A stretch of DNA of 64,000 bases, taken from positions 6,888-70,887 of the forward strand of contig JBJXFH010000153.1 of the NCBI GenBank assembly GCA_046155365.1, given 5' to 3'. The notes under the pieces were generated by a model that saw nothing but the letters and a program-made list of their open reading frames with translations, had not been told where the DNA came from and did no database searches. Every line of letters starts with the position of its first letter. Position 1 is the stretch's first letter. Source of the stretch: Acidimicrobiales bacterium. Its GTDB lineage: Bacteria > Actinomycetota > Acidimicrobiia > Acidimicrobiales > CAIXPF01. Positions 47,761 through 57,355 of the stretch are shown piece by piece. The translations under genes and the position numbers were made by a program.

Positions 47761-48287
47761 CCCCGCCCGCAGACCGGCCCCGACTACCGCCGCTGACCCC
47801 TCGCCGCCAGCCCAACGGCGATCGGGTGCTAGAGCTGCAGATCCCTCCGCAGCGGGACTACCTGGTGCTGGCCCGAGAACTGGTGGCGGCGGCGAACCAA
47901 GACGCCGGACTGGATCCGCTGCGGCTGGACAATCTGCAGTTGGCGGTGTCGGAGGCCTGCACCAATGCCATTGAAGCCCATGAGTCACGCGGCGTGCAGC
48001 ACCCCATCGCCATCCGGGCCGCGGTGAGTGACGTGGGCGTGGAGGTGGTGATCAGCGATCGCGGCGGTGGCTTCGATCCTGCCGGCGCAGTGACCCTGCC
48101 CGAGCCGGAGGACCCCCGCCGCTTGGAGTTCGAGCACGGTCTGGGGCTCGGTCTCATGCGCGCCCTGAGCGACCGCCTCGAGATCCACTCCTCGCCGGCG
48201 GGTACCGCGGTGCGGGTGGTCATGCTGAGCGCTCCCGCGGCGTCGGGCGTGCCGGGAGGGACCCCGGGGACCGCGCCGGGACCGTAG
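47757..48287 (+). CDS. RsbW/SpoIIAB-type anti-sigma factor serine kinase (HATPase_c)
   Basis: GTGA coupling to STAS; N box ...AVSEACTNAIEAH..., G1 ...SDRGGGFDP..., G2 ...GLGLGLMRALS... Confidence 0.75.
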   Translation: MTPPADRPRLPPLTPRRQPNGDRVLELQIPPQRDYLVLARELVAAANQDAGLDPLRLDNLQLAVSEACTNAIEAHESRGVQHPIAIRAAVSDVGVEVVISDRGGGFDPAGAVTLPEPEDPRRLEFEHGLGLGLMRALSDRLEIHSSPAGTAVRVVMLSAPAASGVPGGTPGTAPGP

Positions 48288-48380
48288 AACCCCGGCCGCG
48301 GTCGGGGCCCGCCGGGACCATCTCGGGAGGGACTTGGGGGGTTTTTCAGTGCCCTCCGCGGCCAGGTGGGATTCGTTCGT

Positions 48381-48411
48381 TTGACACTTCGCTGCTCGCT
48401 GCCGATACGTT
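48381..48411 (+). promoter_or_regulatory. candidate topA promoter giving a leaderless or very short-leader mRNA
   Basis: TTGACA (48381-48386), TACGTT (48406-48411, 19-nt spacer). ATG 48419 lies 7 nt after the -10 element with no purine-rich SD. Confidence 0.35.
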
Positions 48412-48418
48412 CATCTCG

Positions 48419-51295
48419 ATGGCCAGTCGCCTCGTGATCGTGGAGTCCCCCGCCAAGGCCCGTACTATTGCCGGCTTTTTGGGCGATGAGTTCGTGGTCG
48501 AGTCCTCCATCGGGCATATCCGGGACCTCCCGGTGAGCTCGAGTGATGTGGAGGGCCCCTACAAGAAATGGGAAGTGCTGGGGGTAGACGTCGAAAACGA
48601 CTTCAAGCCCCTCTACCTGGTCAACGCAGACAAGAAAAGCCACGTCAGCAGCCTCAAGCGCCTGCTGAAGGGAGTGGACGAGCTCTATCTCGCCACCGAT
48701 GAGGATCGCGAAGGGGAGGCCATCGCGTGGCACCTGCTGGAGGTCCTCAACCCCTCCCAGAAGGTCTCCGTCAAGCGGATGGTGTTCCACGAGATCACCC
48801 CCACCGCCATCCAGCACGCCATCGACAACCCCCGCGAGATCGATCGTCGTTTGGTGGACGCCCAAGAAGCGCGCCGCATCCTCGATCGCATCTACGGCTA
48901 CAAAGTTTCCGAGGTGCTGTGGCGAAAGGTCCCGCCGGCGCGCTCAGCCGGTCGGGTGCAGTCCGTCGCCACCCGGATCGTGGTGGAACGCGAGTGGGAG
49001 CGGATGCGCTTCGTGACCGCTTCCTATTGGGATGTGGACGCCACCTTCACGGCCCAGACCGGAGCTGACGCCGGCCGCAGCTTCACCGCCCGGCTGGCCA
49101 CGCTGGACGATCAGCGGGTAGCCACCGGCCGTGATTTCGACAGCAAGGGCCAACTCACCCGGGCCGGTTCAGTGGCCCTGGATCAGCGCACCGCTCAGCG
49201 TCTGGCCGAGGACCTCCAGGGCCGTCCCTTCAGCGTCGGGGACGTGGACTCCAAGCCGTATCGACGCAGCCCTGCGCCCCCGTTCATCACCTCCACCCTG
49301 CAACAGGAGGCGGGCCGCAAGCTCCGGCTCAGCTCCGCCCAGACCATGCGGGCCGCCCAGAGCCTTTACGAGCAGGGCTACATCACCTACATGCGGACCG
49401 ACTCCACGTCGCTGTCCGACACCGCCCTCAACGCCGCCCGAACGGTGATCACCGAGCGGTACGGGCGGGATTTCCTGCCGCCCCAGGCCCGGCAATACAC
49501 CAAGAAGGTCAAGAACGCCCAGGAAGCACATGAGGCCATCCGCCCCGCCGGTGAGCAGTTCCGCAGTCCCGACCAGGTCGCAGGGCAATTGGGCGGCCGC
49601 AGCGTGGAGGCCCGGGTCTACGAGCTGATCTGGCAGCGCACCATTGCCTCGCAGATGACCGACGCCTTGGGGAACACCGTCACCGTGCGCCTGGACGGCT
49701 CCACCGAGGCCGGTCGCCGGGCTTCGTTCGCGGCCAGCGGGACCATCATCACCCACCCCGGTTTCCAACGGGTCTACGTGGAAGATTCCGATGAGCCCGA
49801 GGTGGACGGCGCGCCCACCGTCGCGGGTTCCGCCGGTGACGCCGCCGCCGACGAACGTCGATTGCCGGCGATGACCGAGGGTGACGGTCTCGCCGCCCGG
49901 GAGTTCGAAGCCAAGGGTCATGACACCCAGCCCCCGGCTCGTTTCACCGAAGCGTCCCTGGTCAAACGGCTGGAGGAGCTGGGCGTGGGCCGTCCATCGA
50001 CCTACGCCTCGATCATGTCCACCATCCAAGACCGCGGTTACGCGTGGAAAAAGGGAACGGCGCTGGTTCCCTCTCTGACCGCCTTTGCGCTGGTCCGCCT
50101 GCTGGAGGATCACTTCAAGAACCTGGTCGATTACGCCTTCACGGCCCGCATGGAAGATGACCTCGACGGCATCGCCAGCGGTACCGAGGAGGCCAGCCCG
50201 TGGTTGTCGCGCTTCTACTTCGGGGACGGCTCCGAAGAGGGCACCGGGTTGCGCCGCATGCTGGCCGAACGGCTTGACACCATCGACGCCAGGGAGATTT
50301 CAACCATCCTGTTGGGCTTGGATAGCGAGGGCGTGGAAGTGGTGGCCCGGGTCGGCCGTTACGGGCCCTACCTGCAGCGGGGTGAGGACCGCACGTCCAT
50401 CCCGGACAACATCGCCCCCGATGAGCTGACCGTGGAGCGGGCGTTGGAGCTGCTGGCCGCGCCCAGCGGTGATCGGGAGCTGGGCCCGGACCCTGGCAGC
50501 GGCGCAGCGGTGTATGTACGCAACGGTCGATTCGGGCCCTACGTGCAGCTCGGCGAGGACCCCACCGGGAAAAACGCCCCCAAACCCCGCCGCTCGTCGC
50601 TGTTCAAGGACCAGGACCCCACCACCGTCGGCCTCGAAACCGCCCTGCAGCTGCTGGCCTTGCCCCGCACGGTGGGGTTGGCCCCCGACGGGGAGGAAGT
50701 GGTGGCCGCCAACGGTCGATTCGGGCCGTTCGTGCGAAAGGGCACCGAGATCCGCAGCCTTGAGACCGAGGGTCAGCTGCTCACCATCGCGCTGCCCGAA
50801 GCGCTCGAGGTGTTGGCTCAGCCCAAGCGGCGCAGGGGCCAGGGTCAGGCCAAGGGGCCGCTGCGTGAGCTGGGTCCCGATCCCGTCTCTGAGAAGCCGT
50901 TGGTGATCAAAGACGGCCGGTTCGGGCCCTACGTCACTGACGGTGAGACCAACGCGTCGTTGCGCAAGGGCGATTCGGTGGAGGAGCTGACCATCGAGCG
51001 GGCGCTGGAGTTGCTGCAGGATCGTCGTGATCGGGGCCCGGTGACCAAGGGCCGCGCCCGGAAGCCACCCGCCACCGGCACCCGATCTACCCGTGCCGCT
51101 GGTGGCGCCAAAGCCGCCGCCGCCAAAGCCGGAACCACCAAAGCCGGAACCACCAAGGCCGCTGCCGCCAAGAAACCCACCGCGAAGAAGGCAGCCGCCA
51201 AGAAGCCGGCGGCGAAGAAACCCGCAGCCAAGAAGGCCACCGCGAAGAAGCCGGCGGCGGACACCACCGCGGTACCCCCGTCCGCCACCGAATAG
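48419..51295 (+). CDS. topA: DNA topoisomerase I with repeated GRFGPY C-terminal modules and Lys/Ala-rich tail
   Basis: Toprim N-terminus MASRLVIVESPAKARTIAGFLG...; catalytic region ...GYITYMRTDS...; four xGR(F/Y)GPYx repeats; AAKKPAAKKP tail. Confidence 0.95.
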   Translation: MASRLVIVESPAKARTIAGFLGDEFVVESSIGHIRDLPVSSSDVEGPYKKWEVLGVDVENDFKPLYLVNADKKSHVSSLKRLLKGVDELYLATDEDREGEAIAWHLLEVLNPSQKVSVKRMVFHEITPTAIQHAIDNPREIDRRLVDAQEARRILDRIYGYKVSEVLWRKVPPARSAGRVQSVATRIVVEREWERMRFVTASYWDVDATFTAQTGADAGRSFTARLATLDDQRVATGRDFDSKGQLTRAGSVALDQRTAQRLAEDLQGRPFSVGDVDSKPYRRSPAPPFITSTLQQEAGRKLRLSSAQTMRAAQSLYEQGYITYMRTDSTSLSDTALNAARTVITERYGRDFLPPQARQYTKKVKNAQEAHEAIRPAGEQFRSPDQVAGQLGGRSVEARVYELIWQRTIASQMTDALGNTVTVRLDGSTEAGRRASFAASGTIITHPGFQRVYVEDSDEPEVDGAPTVAGSAGDAAADERRLPAMTEGDGLAAREFEAKGHDTQPPARFTEASLVKRLEELGVGRPSTYASIMSTIQDRGYAWKKGTALVPSLTAFALVRLLEDHFKNLVDYAFTARMEDDLDGIASGTEEASPWLSRFYFGDGSEEGTGLRRMLAERLDTIDAREISTILLGLDSEGVEVVARVGRYGPYLQRGEDRTSIPDNIAPDELTVERALELLAAPSGDRELGPDPGSGAAVYVRNGRFGPYVQLGEDPTGKNAPKPRRSSLFKDQDPTTVGLETALQLLALPRTVGLAPDGEEVVAANGRFGPFVRKGTEIRSLETEGQLLTIALPEALEVLAQPKRRRGQGQAKGPLRELGPDPVSEKPLVIKDGRFGPYVTDGETNASLRKGDSVEELTIERALELLQDRRDRGPVTKGRARKPPATGTRSTRAAGGAKAAAAKAGTTKAGTTKAAAAKKPTAKKAAAKKPAAKKPAAKKATAKKPAADTTAVPPSATE

Positions 51296-51393
51296 GCGCC
51301 GGGCCGGACTGGAAGCTGGGGTGAAAGGACCTCGATCCGCCTCCGCGCCACAGCCGTTCCCCAGTCCGGGCTCAGCGCCTAACGTGTGAGCCC

Positions 51394-53004
51394 GTGACGG
51401 TCGCCGGCGAGTCGGGAGGTCGCAGCCGCCCCGGGCAGGGCAGCGATTCCGCGTCCACCGCGGCTGACGGCTGCCTCCCGTCGGACGGGGCCGGCCCCCC
51501 GGTAGCAGTGGCTGAACCCCCCGCGGCGGCTGCAGGGTCGGGGTCCTCCGCCGGTGGTCGGGTCGGTGACCACGCCTTGCCGACGGAGGCCAGGCACCGC
51601 CAGCAGGTCCGGCTGGTGAACCGGCTGTTCGGTTCGGTCAGCTACTTCCGATTGTGGCTGGCCATGCTGGCGTCGGGCACCGGTGATTGGCTTGGTTTCT
51701 TGGCCATCGCCGATCTGGCGGCCCGTCTCGGGGGCGATGCCAACGGAGCGCTGGCGGTGGGCTTCGTGTTCATGGCCCGTATGGTGCCCGGTCTGCTGTT
51801 CGGTGCTCTGGTCGGGGTGGCCGTGGACCGCTTTGACCGGTTCAAGGTCATGGTGGTGTGTGACGTCGCCCGGGCCGGGGTGTTGCTGGCGCTGCCGTTC
51901 GTGGACTCCGTGCCGGGCCTCATTGTGGCCTCGCTGCTGATGGAGTTGTTCACACTGGCCTGGCAACCGGCCAAGGAGGCCACCGTCCCCAACCTGGTTC
52001 CTCCCAGCCACCTGGCCAGCGCCAACTCGCTGGGCATCGTGGCCGGCTACGGCACCTTTCCGCTGGCGGCAGCGCTGTTCGCGGTGTTGTCCAAGGTGGG
52101 CGAGGGCGTGGAGGGGGACCTGGCGGCCACGTTGCGGATGGACCACTCCAGTTCCCTCGGGTTCTACGTAGACAGCCTCACCTTCGTCGTCTCGGCGCTG
52201 GTCATCTGGCGGTTGGGTCTGGCGTATCGGGCACGGCTGCGACCCGCTGCCAAACTCGCCGCCCCCAGCAGGACCGGGGAACGGACCGCGGTGCCTTCAG
52301 CGGGCGCCGGGCTGGGCGCGGCCTGGACCGATCTCAAGGCCGGCTGGTCCGTCATCGCCACCGACCCGGTGGTTCGAGCGGTCAACGTGGGCCTGGCCAC
52401 CGGCCTGGTGGGTGGCGGCATGCTGGTTCCGTTGGGCGCCATCTTCATCGACCGGGTGCTCGGCGCGGGCTCGGCCGGCTTCGGGTTGTTCCTCACCGTT
52501 TTGGGGGTCGGGGTGGCCAGCGGGGTGCTGGCGGTCTCCCTGACCCAGGCCCGCCTGCCCAAAGCCCGGACCTTCGCCTCCGCGGTGTTCGGCTCGGGGC
52601 TGTGTCTGTTCCTGGCCACTTCCACCACCACGCTCACCGCCGCCGCCCTGCTGATCTTCGCTCTGGGGCTGTGCGCCGGGGCGGCCTACGTGCTGGGCTT
52701 CACCCTGCTCCACGAAAGCGTGAACGATGAGCTGCGGGGCCGCATCTTCTCGGCCCTGAACACCCTGGTCAGGCTCTGTCTGGTCACGGCGTTCGCCATC
52801 GCTCCGTTGCTGACCCAGCTGCTGGACCAGCTGGTGTCAGCGTTCACGGACAGTGGTCGCATCAACCTGGGCGGCTGGCTTATCGCCGTGCCCGGCGTGC
52901 GGCTGACGTTATGGCTGGCGGCGCTGATCATGATGGCTGCGGGTGCGCTGGCGGCGCGGTCGTTGGGTTGGGGTCCCCGGGCCAGGAACCGGACCTCAAC
53001 ATGA
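51394..53004 (+). CDS. MFS transporter
   Basis: About 12 TM segments beginning ...YFRLWLAMLASGTGDWLGFLAI...; ...DRFDRFKVMVVCD... loop. The N-terminal ~70 codons may not be translated. Confidence 0.75.
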   Translation: MTVAGESGGRSRPGQGSDSASTAADGCLPSDGAGPPVAVAEPPAAAAGSGSSAGGRVGDHALPTEARHRQQVRLVNRLFGSVSYFRLWLAMLASGTGDWLGFLAIADLAARLGGDANGALAVGFVFMARMVPGLLFGALVGVAVDRFDRFKVMVVCDVARAGVLLALPFVDSVPGLIVASLLMELFTLAWQPAKEATVPNLVPPSHLASANSLGIVAGYGTFPLAAALFAVLSKVGEGVEGDLAATLRMDHSSSLGFYVDSLTFVVSALVIWRLGLAYRARLRPAAKLAAPSRTGERTAVPSAGAGLGAAWTDLKAGWSVIATDPVVRAVNVGLATGLVGGGMLVPLGAIFIDRVLGAGSAGFGLFLTVLGVGVASGVLAVSLTQARLPKARTFASAVFGSGLCLFLATSTTTLTAAALLIFALGLCAGAAYVLGFTLLHESVNDELRGRIFSALNTLVRLCLVTAFAIAPLLTQLLDQLVSAFTDSGRINLGGWLIAVPGVRLTLWLAALIMMAAGALAARSLGWGPRARNRTST

Positions 53005-54233
53005 CCTTCACCACGGATGGGGAGGTCGGTCCCTCAGGCCCCGAGGACCCCATGACACCCCGATCGGCCGCGGTCGGCGAAGACCGTCTCGAGGACCCGC
53101 TCGAGGACCCTTTCGGTGCGGTGGTCGGTCAACCCTCGGCGGTGCGCCAGCTGCGGGCTGCGGTGACCAATCCCGTGCACGCCTACCTGCTGGTCGGCCC
53201 GGCCGGATCGGGCAAGCGGCAGGCGGCCACCGCGCTGGCCGGTGAACTGGTGGCCGTTCGGTCCGCTTCGACGGGTGATGATCAGCAGCGGGATGAGGCA
53301 TCGGAGGACGTTGCGCTGGCCCGTCACCGCCGGCTGGCGGCCGCGGAGGCCCATCCCGACATCAGCTACATCGAGCGGGAAGGTCCGTTCATTACCCGTG
53401 ACCAGGCCCGGGCGGTGGTGACCCAGTCGGTGCGGTCCCCGGTGGAGGGCGCCCGTCAGGTCTTGGTGCTGTGCGAGTGCCATCTGGTTTCCGACGCGGC
53501 GCCGGTGCTGCTCAAAGCGGTCGAGGAACCGCCGGCGTCGACGGTGTTTCTGATCCTGGCTGACGAGATCACCCCGGAACTGATCACCTTGGCCAGCCGT
53601 TGCGTGGTGATCCGCTTCGGCGCCCTGGACCCAGTCGCGGTGCGGGACCGCCTCACCGTCGAAGGCGTTGATCCCGAGGTGGCCGAGCGTGCCGCGGCGG
53701 CTTCCGGTGGGGACCTCCGACGGGCCCGCATCCTGGCCGGGGACGCCGCCCTGGCCGGTCGGATGGCGCTGTGGGCCACCTTGGCGGAGCGGCTGGACGG
53801 CCACGGCTCCACCGCCGTCAGCGTGGCCGAGGAGCTGTTGGGTTCCCTGGAGCAGTCCCTCGAGGCCATCGACCAGCGGCATCACAGCGAGCTTGAGGAG
53901 CTGGCCACCTTCCAGGAGCGCTACGGCCTTCGCGCCAGCACCCGGACCCTCACCGAACGTCACCGGCGGGAACGTCGTCGCTTTCGTATCGATGAGCTCC
54001 GCTTCGGCCTGGCGGTGCTGTCGCGGGCCTACCGCGATCGGATTTCGGCCCAGCTCAGCGCCGGTTCCGCTGTTGGTGTTGGTGTTGGTGTTGGAGCGGG
54101 CGAGCCCCGGGCTGCATCGGGGCCACTGGGGGTGTTCGACGCCATCGGTCAGGCGTCGGAGTCCTTGGAGCGCAACCCCAACGAGCGGCTGCTGCTTATC
54201 AGATTGCTGGTCCGCCTGTCGCCGTTACGCTGA
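53001..54233 (+). CDS. holB: DNA polymerase III delta' subunit
   Basis: ATGA coupling at 53001; ...GQPSAVRQLRAAVTNPVHAYLLVGPAGSGKRQAA...; downstream of topA as in mycobacteria. Confidence 0.8.
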   Translation: MTFTTDGEVGPSGPEDPMTPRSAAVGEDRLEDPLEDPFGAVVGQPSAVRQLRAAVTNPVHAYLLVGPAGSGKRQAATALAGELVAVRSASTGDDQQRDEASEDVALARHRRLAAAEAHPDISYIEREGPFITRDQARAVVTQSVRSPVEGARQVLVLCECHLVSDAAPVLLKAVEEPPASTVFLILADEITPELITLASRCVVIRFGALDPVAVRDRLTVEGVDPEVAERAAAASGGDLRRARILAGDAALAGRMALWATLAERLDGHGSTAVSVAEELLGSLEQSLEAIDQRHHSELEELATFQERYGLRASTRTLTERHRRERRRFRIDELRFGLAVLSRAYRDRISAQLSAGSAVGVGVGVGAGEPRAASGPLGVFDAIGQASESLERNPNERLLLIRLLVRLSPLR

Positions 54234-54263
54234 CCAGCTCCAGCTCCAGCTCCAGCTCCAGCT
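54234..54263. repeat. hexanucleotide microsatellite (CCAGCT)5
   Basis: Five perfect units, starting 1 nt after the holB stop and ending 11 nt before the convergent stop at 54275. Confidence 0.9.
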
Positions 54264-54274
54264 CCAACGGGGTC

Positions 54275-57229
54275 TCAGCTGCCGGGGGCGAGGCGCGCGA
54301 TCAACGTGTCCACGGCAATGGCCGGTGCGATGGCCTCACCCCAGGCCAGGTTGTACCGCAACCGCCCCAACAGCTCCCGTTGCGAGGGGTGGTCCACGCC
54401 AGCGGCAGCGACCGCCAGCCCGACCCCCCGTCCCAGACCCCACAGCCCGGCCACCAAAGAACGTGCGGCCAAGCTGGCCGTCGCCCCCGAGGCGGGAACG
54501 GCGGCGTTGGATGCCGGCGGCGGGGCTGCGGTGGAACCCTCAACGGTCAGGGTGGGCCCGGGGTCCTCACCGAGAGCCGCCACCACCGAGGCATCAACCA
54601 CCAAAAGGTCCACCGTCACCCGCCCCAGCAGGGACAGCAGGCTGGAGTTGGGGGTGGCGCCGATCTCCTCCAACGCCAGCCCGATGCCGGCCCGCCGCAA
54701 CGCCACCAGCGTCCTAATCGCCACGTCGCCGCCGCTGCTCAACCCGGCTTCGGGCACGCCCACCCACAACGCGACGTCCCCGTTGGGTCCCAAGCTGCGC
54801 CAACCCCGCAGGGCTCGCAGCATCTGATCGGTCAACTCCGGATGGGCCAATTGCGGACCCGTCAGCGGCACCACCAGGCGCGGCAGCGGACGATCAGGAT
54901 CCCAACCGGGGGAGCGGGTCAGCGACGCCAGCCCCTCCAGCGCGGTGTCCATCATCCACCCCGCCAGCTCAAGGCCCTGGCCACCGTCCTCGGCCAACGC
55001 CAGGATGTCCCGAGTGTGGAGCTGAGCGTGGTCCGGATCGGCCCAACGCAACTCAACCCACATCGCCGGGGCCAATTCCTCGGAGCCACCGTCGCTGCCC
55101 CCGCCGCCTCTGCTACCGCTGCCACCGGGACCCGGCTGGGGAGCTGCGGGAACCCCGGGGAACTCTAAAGCCGGTCCCGGTGCCAGCAGCGGCCGGAACC
55201 ACAGCTGCAACAGCCCGTCGGCCATGGCGTGACGCAGGTCCAGCGCCAACTGGGAGCGATTGGCCAAGCGTGTCTCGAGTGCCAGGTCGTACACCTCGGT
55301 GCGGTTACGACCCAGCTCCTTGGCCCGGTACATGGCGGCATCGGCCTTGCGCAACAGGGTGCTGGCGTCATCTTCGCCGTTGCCGATCACGATCCCGACC
55401 GACACCGTCACCGCCAAGGATCGGCCGTCGAGGACGAAGGGTTCGGCCATGGCCCGCTCCACCCGCTCGGCGATTTGGCCCGCGTCCTGCTCGTCCACCA
55501 CGTGTTCGACCAGGACCACGAACTCGTCCCCACCGAAACGAGCGACGGTGTCCTCGGGCCGCACCAGCAGCCGAAGCCGCTCTCCGAACTGGCGAAGTAC
55601 CAGGTCACCGGCATGGTGGCCGAGGGAGTCATTGACCGACTTGAAGCGGTCCAGATCCAAGAACATCAGCGCCAGGTTTCGGTGGCGACGTTTGGCCCGG
55701 TTCAACGCCTGGGACAGCCGATCGACCAACAGGTTCCGATTGGCCAAACCGGTGAGGGGATCGTGCAGCGCGTAACTGGCCAGATCACGCTCGGACCGGT
55801 CACGTTCCAAGGCGATAGCGGCCAGATCGGCGCTACTGCGCAGGACCTCGAGTTCATCAACCGCCAGGGCGTCCGCCGCCTGCAGCAAGCAGACCAGCAG
55901 CCCGAGCGGACGGGAATCAGGGCTGGCCAGACCAGCCAGGTCGCTGAGGGCCTCCCTGAGATTCGGTGGCGTCGCCCGCCGCTCGCCGGGGGGCCGCGGT
56001 GCGCGGTGACCCTCTCCGGCAGTGCCCGCAGGCGGGAGCGCGTTGACCGGCACCGCCACCAGGGCCCGATGGCCCGCCGCCCCCAACTGGGCCAACACCA
56101 ACGGCGAGGACGGTCCCGATCCGCCCAACCGGTCCAGTTCCTGGACGGTCCCGGCACCGGCGGCCATCAACGGATCGAGCACATCGAGCAGGGCCGTGGG
56201 ATCCACGGGCGGGAACCCGGGTCCGGCGAAGATCGAGGTGGTGCCGCCGGCCCGCTCGGCGATCACCGCGCAAACGACCCCCGCCACCCGGACCAGGTCA
56301 GCCATCGGGACCAGGTCAGCCACCGGGACCAGGTCAGCAGGGTCGGCCAGGTTTGTTCCGGGGGTGTGTGACACGGCGAGGTGGTGGGGGCGGGTGCTGT
56401 TGAGCTGAGTGGATGCCAACTCCGTGAGCCGGCCGAGGGTGCTCTCGAGCGGGCCGCCGGTGGCGATCTGGCGCAGCACTTCGGCCTGACCCCGCAGGTG
56501 GTTCCCGGCGGTGGCACTCTCGCCAGGCCGTGACACCGCGGGGGCTTCCCAGGCTCCCGGGGCTTGGCTGTGCCCGTTGGGTCCGGTCGCGATGAACCCG
56601 GTGCCGGACGCCGGGATCGGATCCGCCGGGCCCTCGTCGATCAAATACACCGTGGCCCGACCGGGGTGACCGACATCCGGCAAGCGGCGAAGACAGAACA
56701 GCACGAAATGGGATGAGCCGTCGGGGCGGACCACCAACTGGCGAAGCGGCCCCGAATCCCCGCCGGCTTCCAATCGGTCGAGGTGCCGCCCCAGATCCAG
56801 GTAGTCGCTGCGATGGGCGGCCAGGAGCCGGCGGGCATCCAGACCCAGCAGCCTGCAGGCGGCCTGGTTGGCCTGCACCAAACGGCCGCCATGCTCCAGC
56901 ACGAGGACGCCGGTGGGACACTCATCGACCACGGTGCTGAGGGTGGCCAGGTCGCCCGAAGGAATCCCGATGAGGGCCGAGGACGGGGCGATGGCCGGCG
57001 AGGGCGCCGAAGCAGCATCCGGGGGGTTCACCACCACCATGTTTGCCTCAAGGCCCACTCTGCTCATGGCCGGTGCTCCCGGATCCGGCGCACTGGCCCC
57101 AACGACCAGGCAACGCAGAGTGTAAGGGCCACCACTGAGCTGCTCAGGGTCGGAACGGACCGGTTCAACCACCTCGGGTCCTCGAACGCGCGTCGGTTGG
57201 AGCCGCCGGGAAAGCCCGGGTGGGACCAT
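54275..57229 (-). CDS. PAS/GAF-like sensor - GGDEF - divergent EAL multidomain protein
   Basis: PAS (…ECPTGVLVLEHGGRLVQANQAACRLLG…); GGDEF with I-site (RPEDTVARFGGDEF). The EAL-like C-terminus has FRPLL/…VELRW… and a Gly-rich insert. Start 57229 or ATG 57067. Confidence 0.8.
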   Translation of the reverse strand: MVPPGLSRRLQPTRVRGPEVVEPVRSDPEQLSGGPYTLRCLVVGASAPDPGAPAMSRVGLEANMVVVNPPDAASAPSPAIAPSSALIGIPSGDLATLSTVVDECPTGVLVLEHGGRLVQANQAACRLLGLDARRLLAAHRSDYLDLGRHLDRLEAGGDSGPLRQLVVRPDGSSHFVLFCLRRLPDVGHPGRATVYLIDEGPADPIPASGTGFIATGPNGHSQAPGAWEAPAVSRPGESATAGNHLRGQAEVLRQIATGGPLESTLGRLTELASTQLNSTRPHHLAVSHTPGTNLADPADLVPVADLVPMADLVRVAGVVCAVIAERAGGTTSIFAGPGFPPVDPTALLDVLDPLMAAGAGTVQELDRLGGSGPSSPLVLAQLGAAGHRALVAVPVNALPPAGTAGEGHRAPRPPGERRATPPNLREALSDLAGLASPDSRPLGLLVCLLQAADALAVDELEVLRSSADLAAIALERDRSERDLASYALHDPLTGLANRNLLVDRLSQALNRAKRRHRNLALMFLDLDRFKSVNDSLGHHAGDLVLRQFGERLRLLVRPEDTVARFGGDEFVVLVEHVVDEQDAGQIAERVERAMAEPFVLDGRSLAVTVSVGIVIGNGEDDASTLLRKADAAMYRAKELGRNRTEVYDLALETRLANRSQLALDLRHAMADGLLQLWFRPLLAPGPALEFPGVPAAPQPGPGGSGSRGGGGSDGGSEELAPAMWVELRWADPDHAQLHTRDILALAEDGGQGLELAGWMMDTALEGLASLTRSPGWDPDRPLPRLVVPLTGPQLAHPELTDQMLRALRGWRSLGPNGDVALWVGVPEAGLSSGGDVAIRTLVALRRAGIGLALEEIGATPNSSLLSLLGRVTVDLLVVDASVVAALGEDPGPTLTVEGSTAAPPPASNAAVPASGATASLAARSLVAGLWGLGRGVGLAVAAAGVDHPSQRELLGRLRYNLAWGEAIAPAIAVDTLIARLAPGS
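56291..56344 (-). repeat. 18-bp in-frame tandem repeat x3 (ADLVPV/ADLVPM/ADLVRV)
   Basis: gaccaggtcagccatcgg / gaccaggtcagccaccgg / gaccaggtcagcagggtc. Confidence 0.85.
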
Positions 57230-57279
57230 GACAGGTTGGTGGTAGCGTTTCGAACTGGTCCGGCAATGTCCGGCCCGGT

Positions 57280-57355
57280 GCCCGGGTAGCTCAGTCGGCA
57301 GAGCGGCTCACTCGTAATGAGCAGGTCAGGAGTTCGATTCTCCTCTCGGGCTCCA
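57280..57355 (+). tRNA. tRNA-Thr (anticodon CGU), CCA encoded
   Basis: Acceptor GCCCGGG/CTCGGGC, anticodon arm GCTCA-CTCGTAA-TGAGC, T arm AGGAG-TTCGATT-CTCCT; 76 nt. Confidence 0.9.

Noticed and set aside
50350-50940. Recurrent DNA words (cggtcgattcgggcc…tacgt) that look like dispersed repeats.
   Set aside because: They encode the repeated xGR(F/Y)GPYx modules of the TopA C-terminal domain. The Lys/Ala tail repeats at about 51100-51290 are likewise ordinary for actinobacterial TopA.
56291-56344. The shared 10-mer GACCAGGTCA between the element's motif A (39556, 40560) and the three coding repeats here, hinting at a common binding site.
   Set aside because: In the GGDEF-EAL gene the word is produced by the in-frame repeat coding for ADLV. 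No other shared flanking sequence exists.
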